Shown piece by piece: positions 28,336 through 36,253 of a stretch of 48,575 bases of DNA. The position numbers were made by a program, and so were the translations under genes. The notes under the pieces are model-generated. The model ran no database searches. It was not told the origin of the DNA and worked only from the letters and a program-made list of their open reading frames with translations. The stretch lies in the sequence record SRR31156797_6029. One strand, 5' to 3'. Within the stretch, counting starts at the first letter, position 1. Each line of letters starts with the position of its first letter.

Positions 28336-29274
28336 ATGAAACTACTCGGGTATTTGGTTCTTCCCCTAACCGTTGTTTGCCTGCTGGCTTTCATGGCTGG
28401 TGATGCGGACGCGAAAAGAATGGGCGGGGGAAAATCCTTCGGCAGCAAGCCATCTTTTTCAAAGACTTACAATAAACCGACTTCAACAGCTACTTCCCAG
28501 AAGCAGACAAGCGGTGCCAACAAACAGCAGGGCGGTATTGCTCGTCCTGGTATGGGGCTCCTCGGTGGTCTGCTGGCCGGTACTTTTCTCGGCTCATTAT
28601 TCGGCGGTTTCGGTGGAATGGGAGGCGGTTTTTTTAACATTCTGATCATCGGTTTGCTTGTTTATCTCGGATTTAAATTTTTCAAGTCCCGCAGCCGTGG
28701 GTCGGACGATATGTATCGGCAGGGTAATTATCAGCGCGGTCCTGATTACTCCCAGCCTAAACAGAACAATACAAATACTGATCCTTACGCCCGCAGGGAA
28801 CAAACTGCACAGAATGCATGGGATCATCTTTCTTCCAAGCCTTCTTCCCCGCAGGCTTCTGGTTCTGCAGCGCAGGAGGCTGGTCCTACTGTAAATATTC
28901 CTGCCGGATTTGATGAAGAGGATTTCCTTGAAGGCTCAAAAGCCGTTTACACCCGTCTTCAGAAATCATGGGATAACCGTGATATGGCGGATATTGAGCA
29001 GTTTGCAACCGCTGGGGTGGTAAACGAAATCAAGGAGCAGGCCAAGGAAGATCCCGGCCCGTCCCAGACTGACGTGCTCATGATTAATGCAAGATTGTTG
29101 GAAGTCAAAGAAGAGGGTGGCGTTACTAAAGTCACTGTTTACTATGATGTCCTTCTGCGCGAAGATCCTTCCCAGTCCCAGCCTTCGCAGGTTCGTGAGG
29201 TTTGGCATTTTGTGAAGCCTGTCGGCTCTGATGGGATGTGGAAACTGGATGGTATTCAGCAGCTTGAAGAATAG
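28336..29274 (+). CDS. Tim44-domain protein
   Basis: Signal peptide, AKRMGGGKSFG, Gly-rich TM hairpin, PAGFDEEDFL...LQKSWD...EVWHF...WKLDGIQQ. Confidence 0.92.
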   Translation: MKLLGYLVLPLTVVCLLAFMAGDADAKRMGGGKSFGSKPSFSKTYNKPTSTATSQKQTSGANKQQGGIARPGMGLLGGLLAGTFLGSLFGGFGGMGGGFFNILIIGLLVYLGFKFFKSRSRGSDDMYRQGNYQRGPDYSQPKQNNTNTDPYARREQTAQNAWDHLSSKPSSPQASGSAAQEAGPTVNIPAGFDEEDFLEGSKAVYTRLQKSWDNRDMADIEQFATAGVVNEIKEQAKEDPGPSQTDVLMINARLLEVKEEGGVTKVTVYYDVLLREDPSQSQPSQVREVWHFVKPVGSDGMWKLDGIQQLEE

Positions 29275-29341
29275 CAGTCATAAATTATCAGTCGTTTTGG
29301 TAATTAGTTTTTGCCTGCGGCTGTTCTAATTGATAATAGAT

Positions 29342-29373
29342 AAGGGTATCGCTGAAAAAGCGGTACCCTTTTT
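29342..29373 (+). terminator. Rho-independent terminator
   Basis: AAGGGTATCGCT-gaaaa-AGCGGTACCCTT followed by TTT. Confidence 0.7.
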
Positions 29374-29437
29374 CGTTTGCAGGGGGTGCAGAAGCTATTT
29401 GTTTTGGAGTTCTATATACGGGTAGGGATTGATGGTT

Positions 29438-29734
29438 ATGAAGATTATTGAAAAAATTGATAAAGATCTTCAGGGACTTATTCCTGGTTTTATGGAGATT
29501 ACCCATAAAGAAATCAAGGATCTTGAGCTGGCTCTGGGAGTCGGAGATATGACTGTGGCAGCACGTATAGGTCATAACCTCAAAGGCTCGGCTTTGAATT
29601 ATGGTTTTTTGCAGCTTGGTGGTATCGGTCGGAGAATTGAAAGTAGCGCAGCACAAAACCAGCCAGAAAAGGTTCGGGCTGAGTTAGAGGTGCTCAAAGA
29701 TTATGTGAATCTGGTGGAAGTGGAGTTTGTGTAG
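29438..29734 (+). CDS. Stand-alone HPt phosphotransfer protein
   Basis: GHNLKGSALNYGF, an intact HxLKG motif. Confidence 0.9.
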   Translation: MKIIEKIDKDLQGLIPGFMEITHKEIKDLELALGVGDMTVAARIGHNLKGSALNYGFLQLGGIGRRIESSAAQNQPEKVRAELEVLKDYVNLVEVEFV

Positions 29735-29743
29735 CTGTCAAAG

Positions 29744-30886
29744 CTACCAGAGGAACCTATTCAGTTCGAGCTTAAATGTCTTCGGATGAATGCATTCTAC
29801 AATTTCAAGGTTGTTGCCTTGAGTGTCGGTAGATCTTTTGGATAAGTCTATAAATTCTGGGTGAATAGCCTTAAATCTGCTGCTGAATACTACCTTAACC
29901 TGTGGCAGAAGCGGGGCTTTCGGGGTGTTGGTCACTACTACACCGTACCGTCCGTCAGAAAGTTTTACAAAGCAGCCCACAGGATAAATACCTACACATT
30001 TGATGAAACTTTCCAGATATCTGGGATGAAATGCCGTATTGGTCATGGAGTAGAGATGCTTAATGGCTGAGTTCGGAGTCATGGCGTCGCGATAGGGGCG
30101 ATCAGAGGTCAGTGCGTCGTATGAGTCGCAGATGGAGATGATACGTGCAAATTGAGGAATATCGTTGCCGGACAATCCTTGCGGGTATCCTGATCCATCA
30201 TATTTTTCGTGATGTGCTTTTATAGAGTTGGCTATGGTCTGAGGTGAGTTTTGTCCGGCAAGGTATTCACAGCCCTTTAAAGGGTGGAATTTTATTTTTT
30301 GGAACTCGTCTCTGGATAATTTGCCTTTCTTATTCATTAATTTTTTCGGCAACCAGAGCTGGCCGATATTCATCAGCATTGCTGTGATTGAAAGTTCTTC
30401 AACTGCTTCTCGTGAAAGTCCAATGTAACGCCCTAGTATGGCACTGAGGATCGCAGTGTTTAGGCTGTGGGTGTAAAGATATCTATCAGATCGAGCTAGC
30501 ACGGTAAGGCTTGCTGCTGCGCTATTGTTTCTGTCGATGGAGTCGATTAAAGGGCTTACTCCATTTTTATATTCGGCAAGCTCAAGTATGCCTTCCTGTT
30601 CTACTGTCTCAAATATTTTTTGAACGTAGTTAAGGGCGTCGTTGTACGCTTCACGGGCAAAGAGAATTTCTTCAGAGTAGGTTGTCTGGGGAAATGAGTT
30701 TGCAACGGCACTTTTTTCGGAATCAATCAGGACTTCATTGATGTTGAGCTGAAGGATAGCGGAAATGTCTGCTTTTGAAGATATCGCATGGTTGGAAAGT
30801 TCCGTTGGTAGGCTGGAATAGCCATTGGCAGAACATACGATAAACATGCCTTCTTGAAGATTTGTGGTCTTGATTTTTTCTAACAT
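29744..30886 (-). CDS. HD-GYP-domain protein (DUF3391-like N-terminus) with the HD dyad replaced
   Basis: KIKTTNLQEGMF, YTHSLN, HHEKYDGSGYP, DSYDALTSDRPYR, GIYPVG. Confidence 0.88.
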   Translation of the reverse strand: MLEKIKTTNLQEGMFIVCSANGYSSLPTELSNHAISSKADISAILQLNINEVLIDSEKSAVANSFPQTTYSEEILFAREAYNDALNYVQKIFETVEQEGILELAEYKNGVSPLIDSIDRNNSAAASLTVLARSDRYLYTHSLNTAILSAILGRYIGLSREAVEELSITAMLMNIGQLWLPKKLMNKKGKLSRDEFQKIKFHPLKGCEYLAGQNSPQTIANSIKAHHEKYDGSGYPQGLSGNDIPQFARIISICDSYDALTSDRPYRDAMTPNSAIKHLYSMTNTAFHPRYLESFIKCVGIYPVGCFVKLSDGRYGVVVTNTPKAPLLPQVKVVFSSRFKAIHPEFIDLSKRSTDTQGNNLEIVECIHPKTFKLELNRFLW

Positions 30887-31217
30887 CTTGTGGCGCTTTA
30901 TTATTTCGGGCTGAACTATCCCCGTTTCTCCTGATTGATAAATACACCTGAAGTATTAGGCAGGGCAAGAGAAAAGTGCGCATGCCACGCTACGTGGCTG
31001 TGGGATGTTACTCCGTCACTTTACGCACTATAATTGTTTTTCATGAAGGCGACTCAATTCGCATATTGTTTTTTGTTTAGCTCCTATTTCCACATACCCT
31101 CCGTCAATATTTTTCCCATCTATATATTAAATTAATCATGAAATTTAGTTTGTCCACTTTGTTTGTTCAACTGATCAAAATGAGCTGTTGCTTGAACATA
31201 TCGTTGTTCATTGGCTG

Positions 31218-31246
31218 TTGACTTGTTTGCTTTTGGGGGTTATTGT
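31218..31246 (+). promoter_or_regulatory. Candidate sigma70 promoter of the MerR-like gene
   Basis: TTGACT (31218-31223)-N17-TATTGT (31241-31246). Confidence 0.55.
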
Positions 31247-31286
31247 TTGTTTGAAGTTATAAATGATCAACAGATGAGCAGGAGAT

Positions 31287-32222
31287 ATGTCAAATCAATA
31301 CTTGAGTTTGAGAGAGGTTGGAAGGAGGTTGGATATCCCTCCGTCAACAGTAGTCTATTATAAGGATAAGTATTCAAAGTTCTTGCCTTCTGTAGGTGGA
31401 ATGGGGCGTAGGCAGAAGTATTCTATAGAGGTCGTTGAAATTTTCAGGAGGATACGTGAGATGTATGGAATGAATTGGACAACTGAACAAATTGAAAATG
31501 AATTAAGCTTAAAATTCGGAATGTTGGTTGAGAATATAAAAAATGATCAACAGTTGATCAGTGGGGCGGGTCTTGAGTCTAGCTCGGATATGGAGACAGT
31601 CATTAAGGGATTGTCATCGGTTCTAGGCAAAGTCTCTGATTTGTTGTCCAACCAATCTCTTTTTCAGGCTGAATTGCGTGATTTGCGGGAAGAAGTTTCA
31701 ATTCTTAGGACTGAAAAGCGCAGGCTTTCTGCTGACACAAATGAAAGAATTATGGATATGGCCATGGAAATTGGTCGGTTGAAGCGTGATCGAGCTGAGC
31801 TGTTCAGGTTGTTGAGAGCTGGGGAGTCTGGCCCTGATGAATCTTCTTTTCCTTCGTCTGATTATTTGGAGCGTCCTTTAGTTATACGTAATTCTGAAGG
31901 AGAGTATCTTGGGGTGTCAGGAAAAGGGCGTAAGCACTTTTCACTGGAAGATTTTGTTAAGCTTCTTGAAAATAGTATCAACTCAAACAGAAGTGTGGAT
32001 CTTGAGTGGCAAGAGAAGAGCGGGCAATGGATTCTTGTTATCGATGCAAGTGAAGGGCAAGCGGTGTCGCAGAAAAAGATTGTACTTGTAACTGAAGAAA
32101 ATGTTACACCTAATAATAATACTGTAGTGCGTATTGATAGTATGGAAATTAACGGCAAGACTGTGCCCGGAGCTCTTTTGTTCAGTCTTTTTAAGCAGAT
32201 ACGCGAGAGTTTTGATCGCTAG
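31287..32222 (+). CDS. MerR-type HTH DNA-binding protein with a central coiled coil and an unknown C-terminal domain
   Basis: LSLREVGRRLDIPPSTVVYY...RRQKY...FRRIRE, coiled coil AELRDLREEVSILRTEK, AGGAG RBS. Confidence 0.85.
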   Translation: MSNQYLSLREVGRRLDIPPSTVVYYKDKYSKFLPSVGGMGRRQKYSIEVVEIFRRIREMYGMNWTTEQIENELSLKFGMLVENIKNDQQLISGAGLESSSDMETVIKGLSSVLGKVSDLLSNQSLFQAELRDLREEVSILRTEKRRLSADTNERIMDMAMEIGRLKRDRAELFRLLRAGESGPDESSFPSSDYLERPLVIRNSEGEYLGVSGKGRKHFSLEDFVKLLENSINSNRSVDLEWQEKSGQWILVIDASEGQAVSQKKIVLVTEENVTPNNNTVVRIDSMEINGKTVPGALLFSLFKQIRESFDR

Positions 32223-32320
32223 AATGTTTTGGTGATTTTCTAGAAAAAGTCTTGATATATCTGGTTAATATAGTTATTAAGTTAATGTTATAAGTCGTGG
32301 AGTAGCCTTAGGAGGAAAAA

Positions 32321-32749
32321 ATGCCGCAGGTTGCAGCTAGAATTACGCATGATCACGAGCAATGGCTTAAGAATTATTTCAAGACCAAGAGTGCAGGGGC
32401 AGAATTTATTTTGCCTTGGGCAGTGGATATGTTTTTTAAGTCCATGCGCGCTGTTGCACAGGAGTTAAATGTAGCTGAACTTAAGACAGTTCTGGAAGCA
32501 TATCGGGGAGTTAAAATTCTGCCGAACCAATGCAAAGGGGCTTATCTTTTTTTGCAGGTTGAGGAAGCTTGCGAAACAGAGAATGTTCACAGCAATCATG
32601 GTGTGAGTTGGCCTAATCTTGAGGCTAAGTTGAAGAGACTTTCAGATGTGCATTCCACTGCACTGATGATTTGGGCTTCCGCTTATTGGGTAAGTAAGGT
32701 TTGGAATGGTGTCAGTTTTGAAGAGTATATTAAACTGACTTGTACTTAA
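32321..32749 (+). CDS. Hypothetical protein
   Basis: 142-aa ORF with a strong AGGAGG RBS and no motif I recognise. Confidence 0.8.
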   Translation: MPQVAARITHDHEQWLKNYFKTKSAGAEFILPWAVDMFFKSMRAVAQELNVAELKTVLEAYRGVKILPNQCKGAYLFLQVEEACETENVHSNHGVSWPNLEAKLKRLSDVHSTALMIWASAYWVSKVWNGVSFEEYIKLTCT

Positions 32750-32788
32750 CGGAATTTTTTATATGTCTGTCTTTTTGTCCGGGCGGAA

Positions 32789-33199
32789 CTATTTTGTCCC
32801 GGTGTTTTCGTTGCTGAAAGCTATTAGTCCTCTTTTTCCTAAATCTCTCAGAAATGAAGCTGTCGCGACTTCTGCTTCGCGGGGCAGAACCTGATATTTC
32901 TGTGCAAAACTTGTCGCTATTTTACGGACATTGTTTTTCCCGTCAATCATATCCCAGACCAGAGTTCCCATTTCATCAAGTTCTAACCTTTTTATGGGCG
33001 GAGTTCCGTCTTTCCACATCCCGAACCTCTTCGCCACATCAGCGAAAAGCGGTTTCAGCCGCAATGGATAGGAGAGCATTACCAGTCCATTTTCCGTGCG
33101 CGTTTCAGTTATATCCCGGTTCTTCAGGGGCTTGCAGGCCATGGCTTCGCCCCTGGTCATTTCCGGAATGACTGCTTTTTTCTTACTGAATAATTTCAT
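32789..33199 (-). CDS. PqqD-family (RiPP recognition element-like) protein
   Basis: ELDEMGTLVWDMIDGKNNVRKIATSFAQKY...AEVATASFLRDLGKRGLI, the PqqD winged-helix pattern L(N/D)xxGxxxWxxxDG...FLxxLxxxGLI. Confidence 0.82.
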   Translation of the reverse strand: MKLFSKKKAVIPEMTRGEAMACKPLKNRDITETRTENGLVMLSYPLRLKPLFADVAKRFGMWKDGTPPIKRLELDEMGTLVWDMIDGKNNVRKIATSFAQKYQVLPREAEVATASFLRDLGKRGLIAFSNENTGTK

Positions 33200-34079
33200 A
33201 ATTTTTGAAAATATTTTTTGCCCTGTCTTCTGGGATGATCTGCCGGGACTTAATCATTACAGCGAGAATGCGGTTACTTCCCTGTGTGTAGCGGATTTCA
33301 ATCTGTCCATATGGACGACTTTTAGAGTTAAATTTGGCAAGAGCTAATTTAGTGGCAGAAGGGCTCTTCTCCTGTCCAAACATACAGGTGGAACCTTTGT
33401 CGTATTCAAGCTCAGCTATGGAAAGTCCTAATGATTTAATATCTTCTTTGAAGAGTTCTCTGGAAAAATCACCCAGAGTGCAATCTTTGAGGATCACATC
33501 GGCAGGACTGAAACGGAAGAGTTCTATGGTCTCTGTCTGGTCTGTGAGACTAATATTGAATCTGCCGGGTTTGAATTCAAAAGATTCAAGAGCCATTGAT
33601 CCGGGGAGAGCTACTTTCATATCGTAAATCTGCCAGAGTCGTTCAGCCTTGGAATCATTGAATTTTAGACTGCTAAACAATTTTACAGCGGCATCATCGA
33701 TATGATTGTCGCATTTGCCGATAAATTGAACCAGCATAACTTTGGCAGAATTTTTACAGTAAAACATAACCCCGCGCCCTGTGGCGAGGTCTGACTGCCA
33801 ATAGAAAGCGGTAGTATTAAATTTCTTGAGCGGTGCTTTCCACGAAGAGGGCAGGACTGTGGATTCTATCTTAAGGCCAGAAGCGGATTCAATCTTTTTG
33901 GCAAGCTGCCTGAAATATGTTTTTTCCTTATATGTCCTCCCGGCATCATACCAGCGAAGTTCAATACAAGGGTATTCTCCATTATCGAGTTGCAGGAATT
34001 TCTTATCAATTCCGCTGACCTCGAAGTTGGACGGGATCGCAAAGCTGATGCCGTCCCATGCTATATTCTTAAAATCCAT
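33183..34079 (-). CDS. Hypothetical cytoplasmic protein, possibly tandem PsbP/Mog1-like domains
   Basis: ATG 34079 follows AAGGA. Overlaps the PqqD gene start. Two similar segments: WDGISFAIPSNF and YDMKVALPGSM. Confidence 0.75.
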   Translation of the reverse strand: MDFKNIAWDGISFAIPSNFEVSGIDKKFLQLDNGEYPCIELRWYDAGRTYKEKTYFRQLAKKIESASGLKIESTVLPSSWKAPLKKFNTTAFYWQSDLATGRGVMFYCKNSAKVMLVQFIGKCDNHIDDAAVKLFSSLKFNDSKAERLWQIYDMKVALPGSMALESFEFKPGRFNISLTDQTETIELFRFSPADVILKDCTLGDFSRELFKEDIKSLGLSIAELEYDKGSTCMFGQEKSPSATKLALAKFNSKSRPYGQIEIRYTQGSNRILAVMIKSRQIIPEDRAKNIFKNYEIIQ

Positions 34080-34257
34080 TATTTGTTTCCTTATTGAAAA
34101 GGCTTCCCTTCTGATTGGCAGGAAAGTCGAATAATCATATTGCTGCAAATACAATGCGGATAACCAAGCCGAAGCAAGCTTACCTAAAACATTTTCTAAT
34201 CATCCGCAAAGTTTTAATTCTTATTTAGAATTGTTTTAAATAAAGAGTTCAACTGAA

Positions 34258-36219
34258 TCAATAAGCCATTTTTCCTAATGATTTCAAGATAAGTGTGCAA
34301 CCCATGGCAAACATACCTGTTAAACCCATGCCGCAGGAGAAACCTGCCAGCAGGACCGGGGCATACTGGCGCCACATGGTTCCGTATTTTTTCTGGAAGA
34401 AATAGCGTCCGATCAAAGCTCCGGCAACTTCCAGAATAAAGCCGTGCGGCGTACTTTGCCCGAGACCTCTAACTACGCCGTAAACGAGCAGAATTGGTAG
34501 CCCCAAGGTGTTAAGTATGGCGTAAAGCACAAGTCCAAGGCTAATCCCGCCCATGACTACCGGTCCGCTAAGAGCTTGAAAGAACAGGGAGTTGCCTTCA
34601 AGGGTAGAGGTTTGCATGAGCAGGGTGTTCAGAGCCTGCAAGTGCCAGAGTTCCTGCGCGTAAGGATAGTTTGAGGATGGAATGGGCGCAAGTTGCCAGA
34701 TGAATTGTGAGAAGAGCAGGCTGGCGATCATGACTACCGGGAAAACCACAAGTTCAGCTTTGATGATACCCCGGATGGAAGTACCGGTCAGTTCAATTTC
34801 GCGGAAGTGGACAGTCGCTTCCCCGTAGTTGTGAATAGGGATCGGTGCATACCAGATTTCAATACCCTGATAGCCGAAGAATTTTGCCCCGGCGATGAAG
34901 CTTGCTTCTCGCACCAGCGGCAGGCTTACAAACTGTCCGGCAATACCTTCCATACGCGCGGTGATGTATGAGATTACCGGGGTGTAGATAAAACCGTAGA
35001 GCAGAAAGAAAATCCACGGGAAATTGGGTACCAGCAACAGGCTCATGCCTACGTAGGCAAGAGTGGAGAACACATAGATGGCGATGGATACCCAGAAGTT
35101 GATGTCTCCACGTCCTTCCGGTGGCTCGAAAAGTTTGCTCCATGACTCTCGATGCTTGGCATGTTCTCCACGGAATGATTTGACCACGTACCAGATACCG
35201 ATCAAACCGATAGCCAAACCGAGGCCGATGGAAAAACTCATGTAAAAATCAAAGTTGTTGGCAAAGACCGTTTCAACAGTCTCCATGCCCGGATGCCAGC
35301 GGTGCAGGATGCCGTGTTCATATAGAAAAGGGTTGGCGATAAAAGTAATGACGATTCCGATCAAGCCGCCGATAACAGCCCAGAAAGGCAGAACCATACC
35401 GATGAAGAACAGCCCGAGGTCAAATTGGATACCAGTAGCAACGGCCGGGAGAATTTTTTCCGTATAGGGCGTAAGTTCTACCCACGGTATTGGAATAATC
35501 CTGATCGGTTCAGTAAATAGCAATCCCGATACAGCGGGCAGCAGCACATAAATAGCACCGAAAGCCAGTCCGATGACTCCTCCTACTGAGAATACCCGCC
35601 ATTTCCAGCTGGCCTTTTTTTCCTCGGTGGATTCAGCCAAAGCCATGGTACCCAAAGCACCGACAGGGGCCATGGGAAAGGGCAGTTTTTCCACATCAGA
35701 AGTAATGCGGTAAAGAGCATACCCCAGTCCGAAATGGTCTATTCGCTGGACAATCTGCGCACCTACCAACAGCAGAATCGGTATGAGCCAGTCGCGGTGG
35801 AAGAAAGTTCGTTCAATGAGTGAATCTGATCCCGGTTGCGGGGCAACCCATGTGGGGATGAACTCGGTCAGGCCCAGCATACGTGCCGCGTCCGATTGTA
35901 CTAAATACTGTTGCCATAGCAGGCCCGAGAATGGCGAAGCCAACGCTGCCCCGGCCATGTAGTAGAGCAGGAATATTTCCTGTTGTTTCAGTTCGGTATA
36001 GGAACGTTTGGCAATCTCGGCGAAAAGAATAATGGTTACCCAGCGTGCCGCAGGGCCGATACCCTGACCAATGACCAGCTGCAGGTACATACTTCCCGGC
36101 ATCATCAGGAAGCCGATGAAGATGGCACCGACTACGGTTTTCCAGTCAAAGCCTTCTTCAAAATGGGTCGGGGTTTTTAATAGGTCCCGATATTCTTGTA
36201 GCTCTTTATCATTATGCAT
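34258..36219 (-). CDS. OPT/YSL-like polytopic membrane transporter (putative peptide transporter)
   Basis: 653 aa with roughly 14 or more hydrophobic segments, and the motif DVEKLPFPMAP, which resembles the OPT-family LxFP loop. Confidence 0.72.
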   Translation of the reverse strand: MHNDKELQEYRDLLKTPTHFEEGFDWKTVVGAIFIGFLMMPGSMYLQLVIGQGIGPAARWVTIILFAEIAKRSYTELKQQEIFLLYYMAGAALASPFSGLLWQQYLVQSDAARMLGLTEFIPTWVAPQPGSDSLIERTFFHRDWLIPILLLVGAQIVQRIDHFGLGYALYRITSDVEKLPFPMAPVGALGTMALAESTEEKKASWKWRVFSVGGVIGLAFGAIYVLLPAVSGLLFTEPIRIIPIPWVELTPYTEKILPAVATGIQFDLGLFFIGMVLPFWAVIGGLIGIVITFIANPFLYEHGILHRWHPGMETVETVFANNFDFYMSFSIGLGLAIGLIGIWYVVKSFRGEHAKHRESWSKLFEPPEGRGDINFWVSIAIYVFSTLAYVGMSLLLVPNFPWIFFLLYGFIYTPVISYITARMEGIAGQFVSLPLVREASFIAGAKFFGYQGIEIWYAPIPIHNYGEATVHFREIELTGTSIRGIIKAELVVFPVVMIASLLFSQFIWQLAPIPSSNYPYAQELWHLQALNTLLMQTSTLEGNSLFFQALSGPVVMGGISLGLVLYAILNTLGLPILLVYGVVRGLGQSTPHGFILEVAGALIGRYFFQKKYGTMWRQYAPVLLAGFSCGMGLTGMFAMGCTLILKSLGKMAY

Positions 36220-36253
36220 GTGTATATCTCGTTATGCTTGTTAACTGGAATTA

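Noticed and set aside
29288-29656. 122-aa minus-strand ORF
   Set aside because: It overlaps the HPt gene on the opposite strand and spans a terminator. No motifs.
32789-33199. PQQ biosynthesis locus
   Set aside because: No pqqA, B, C or E is present. Only the RRE fold is shared.
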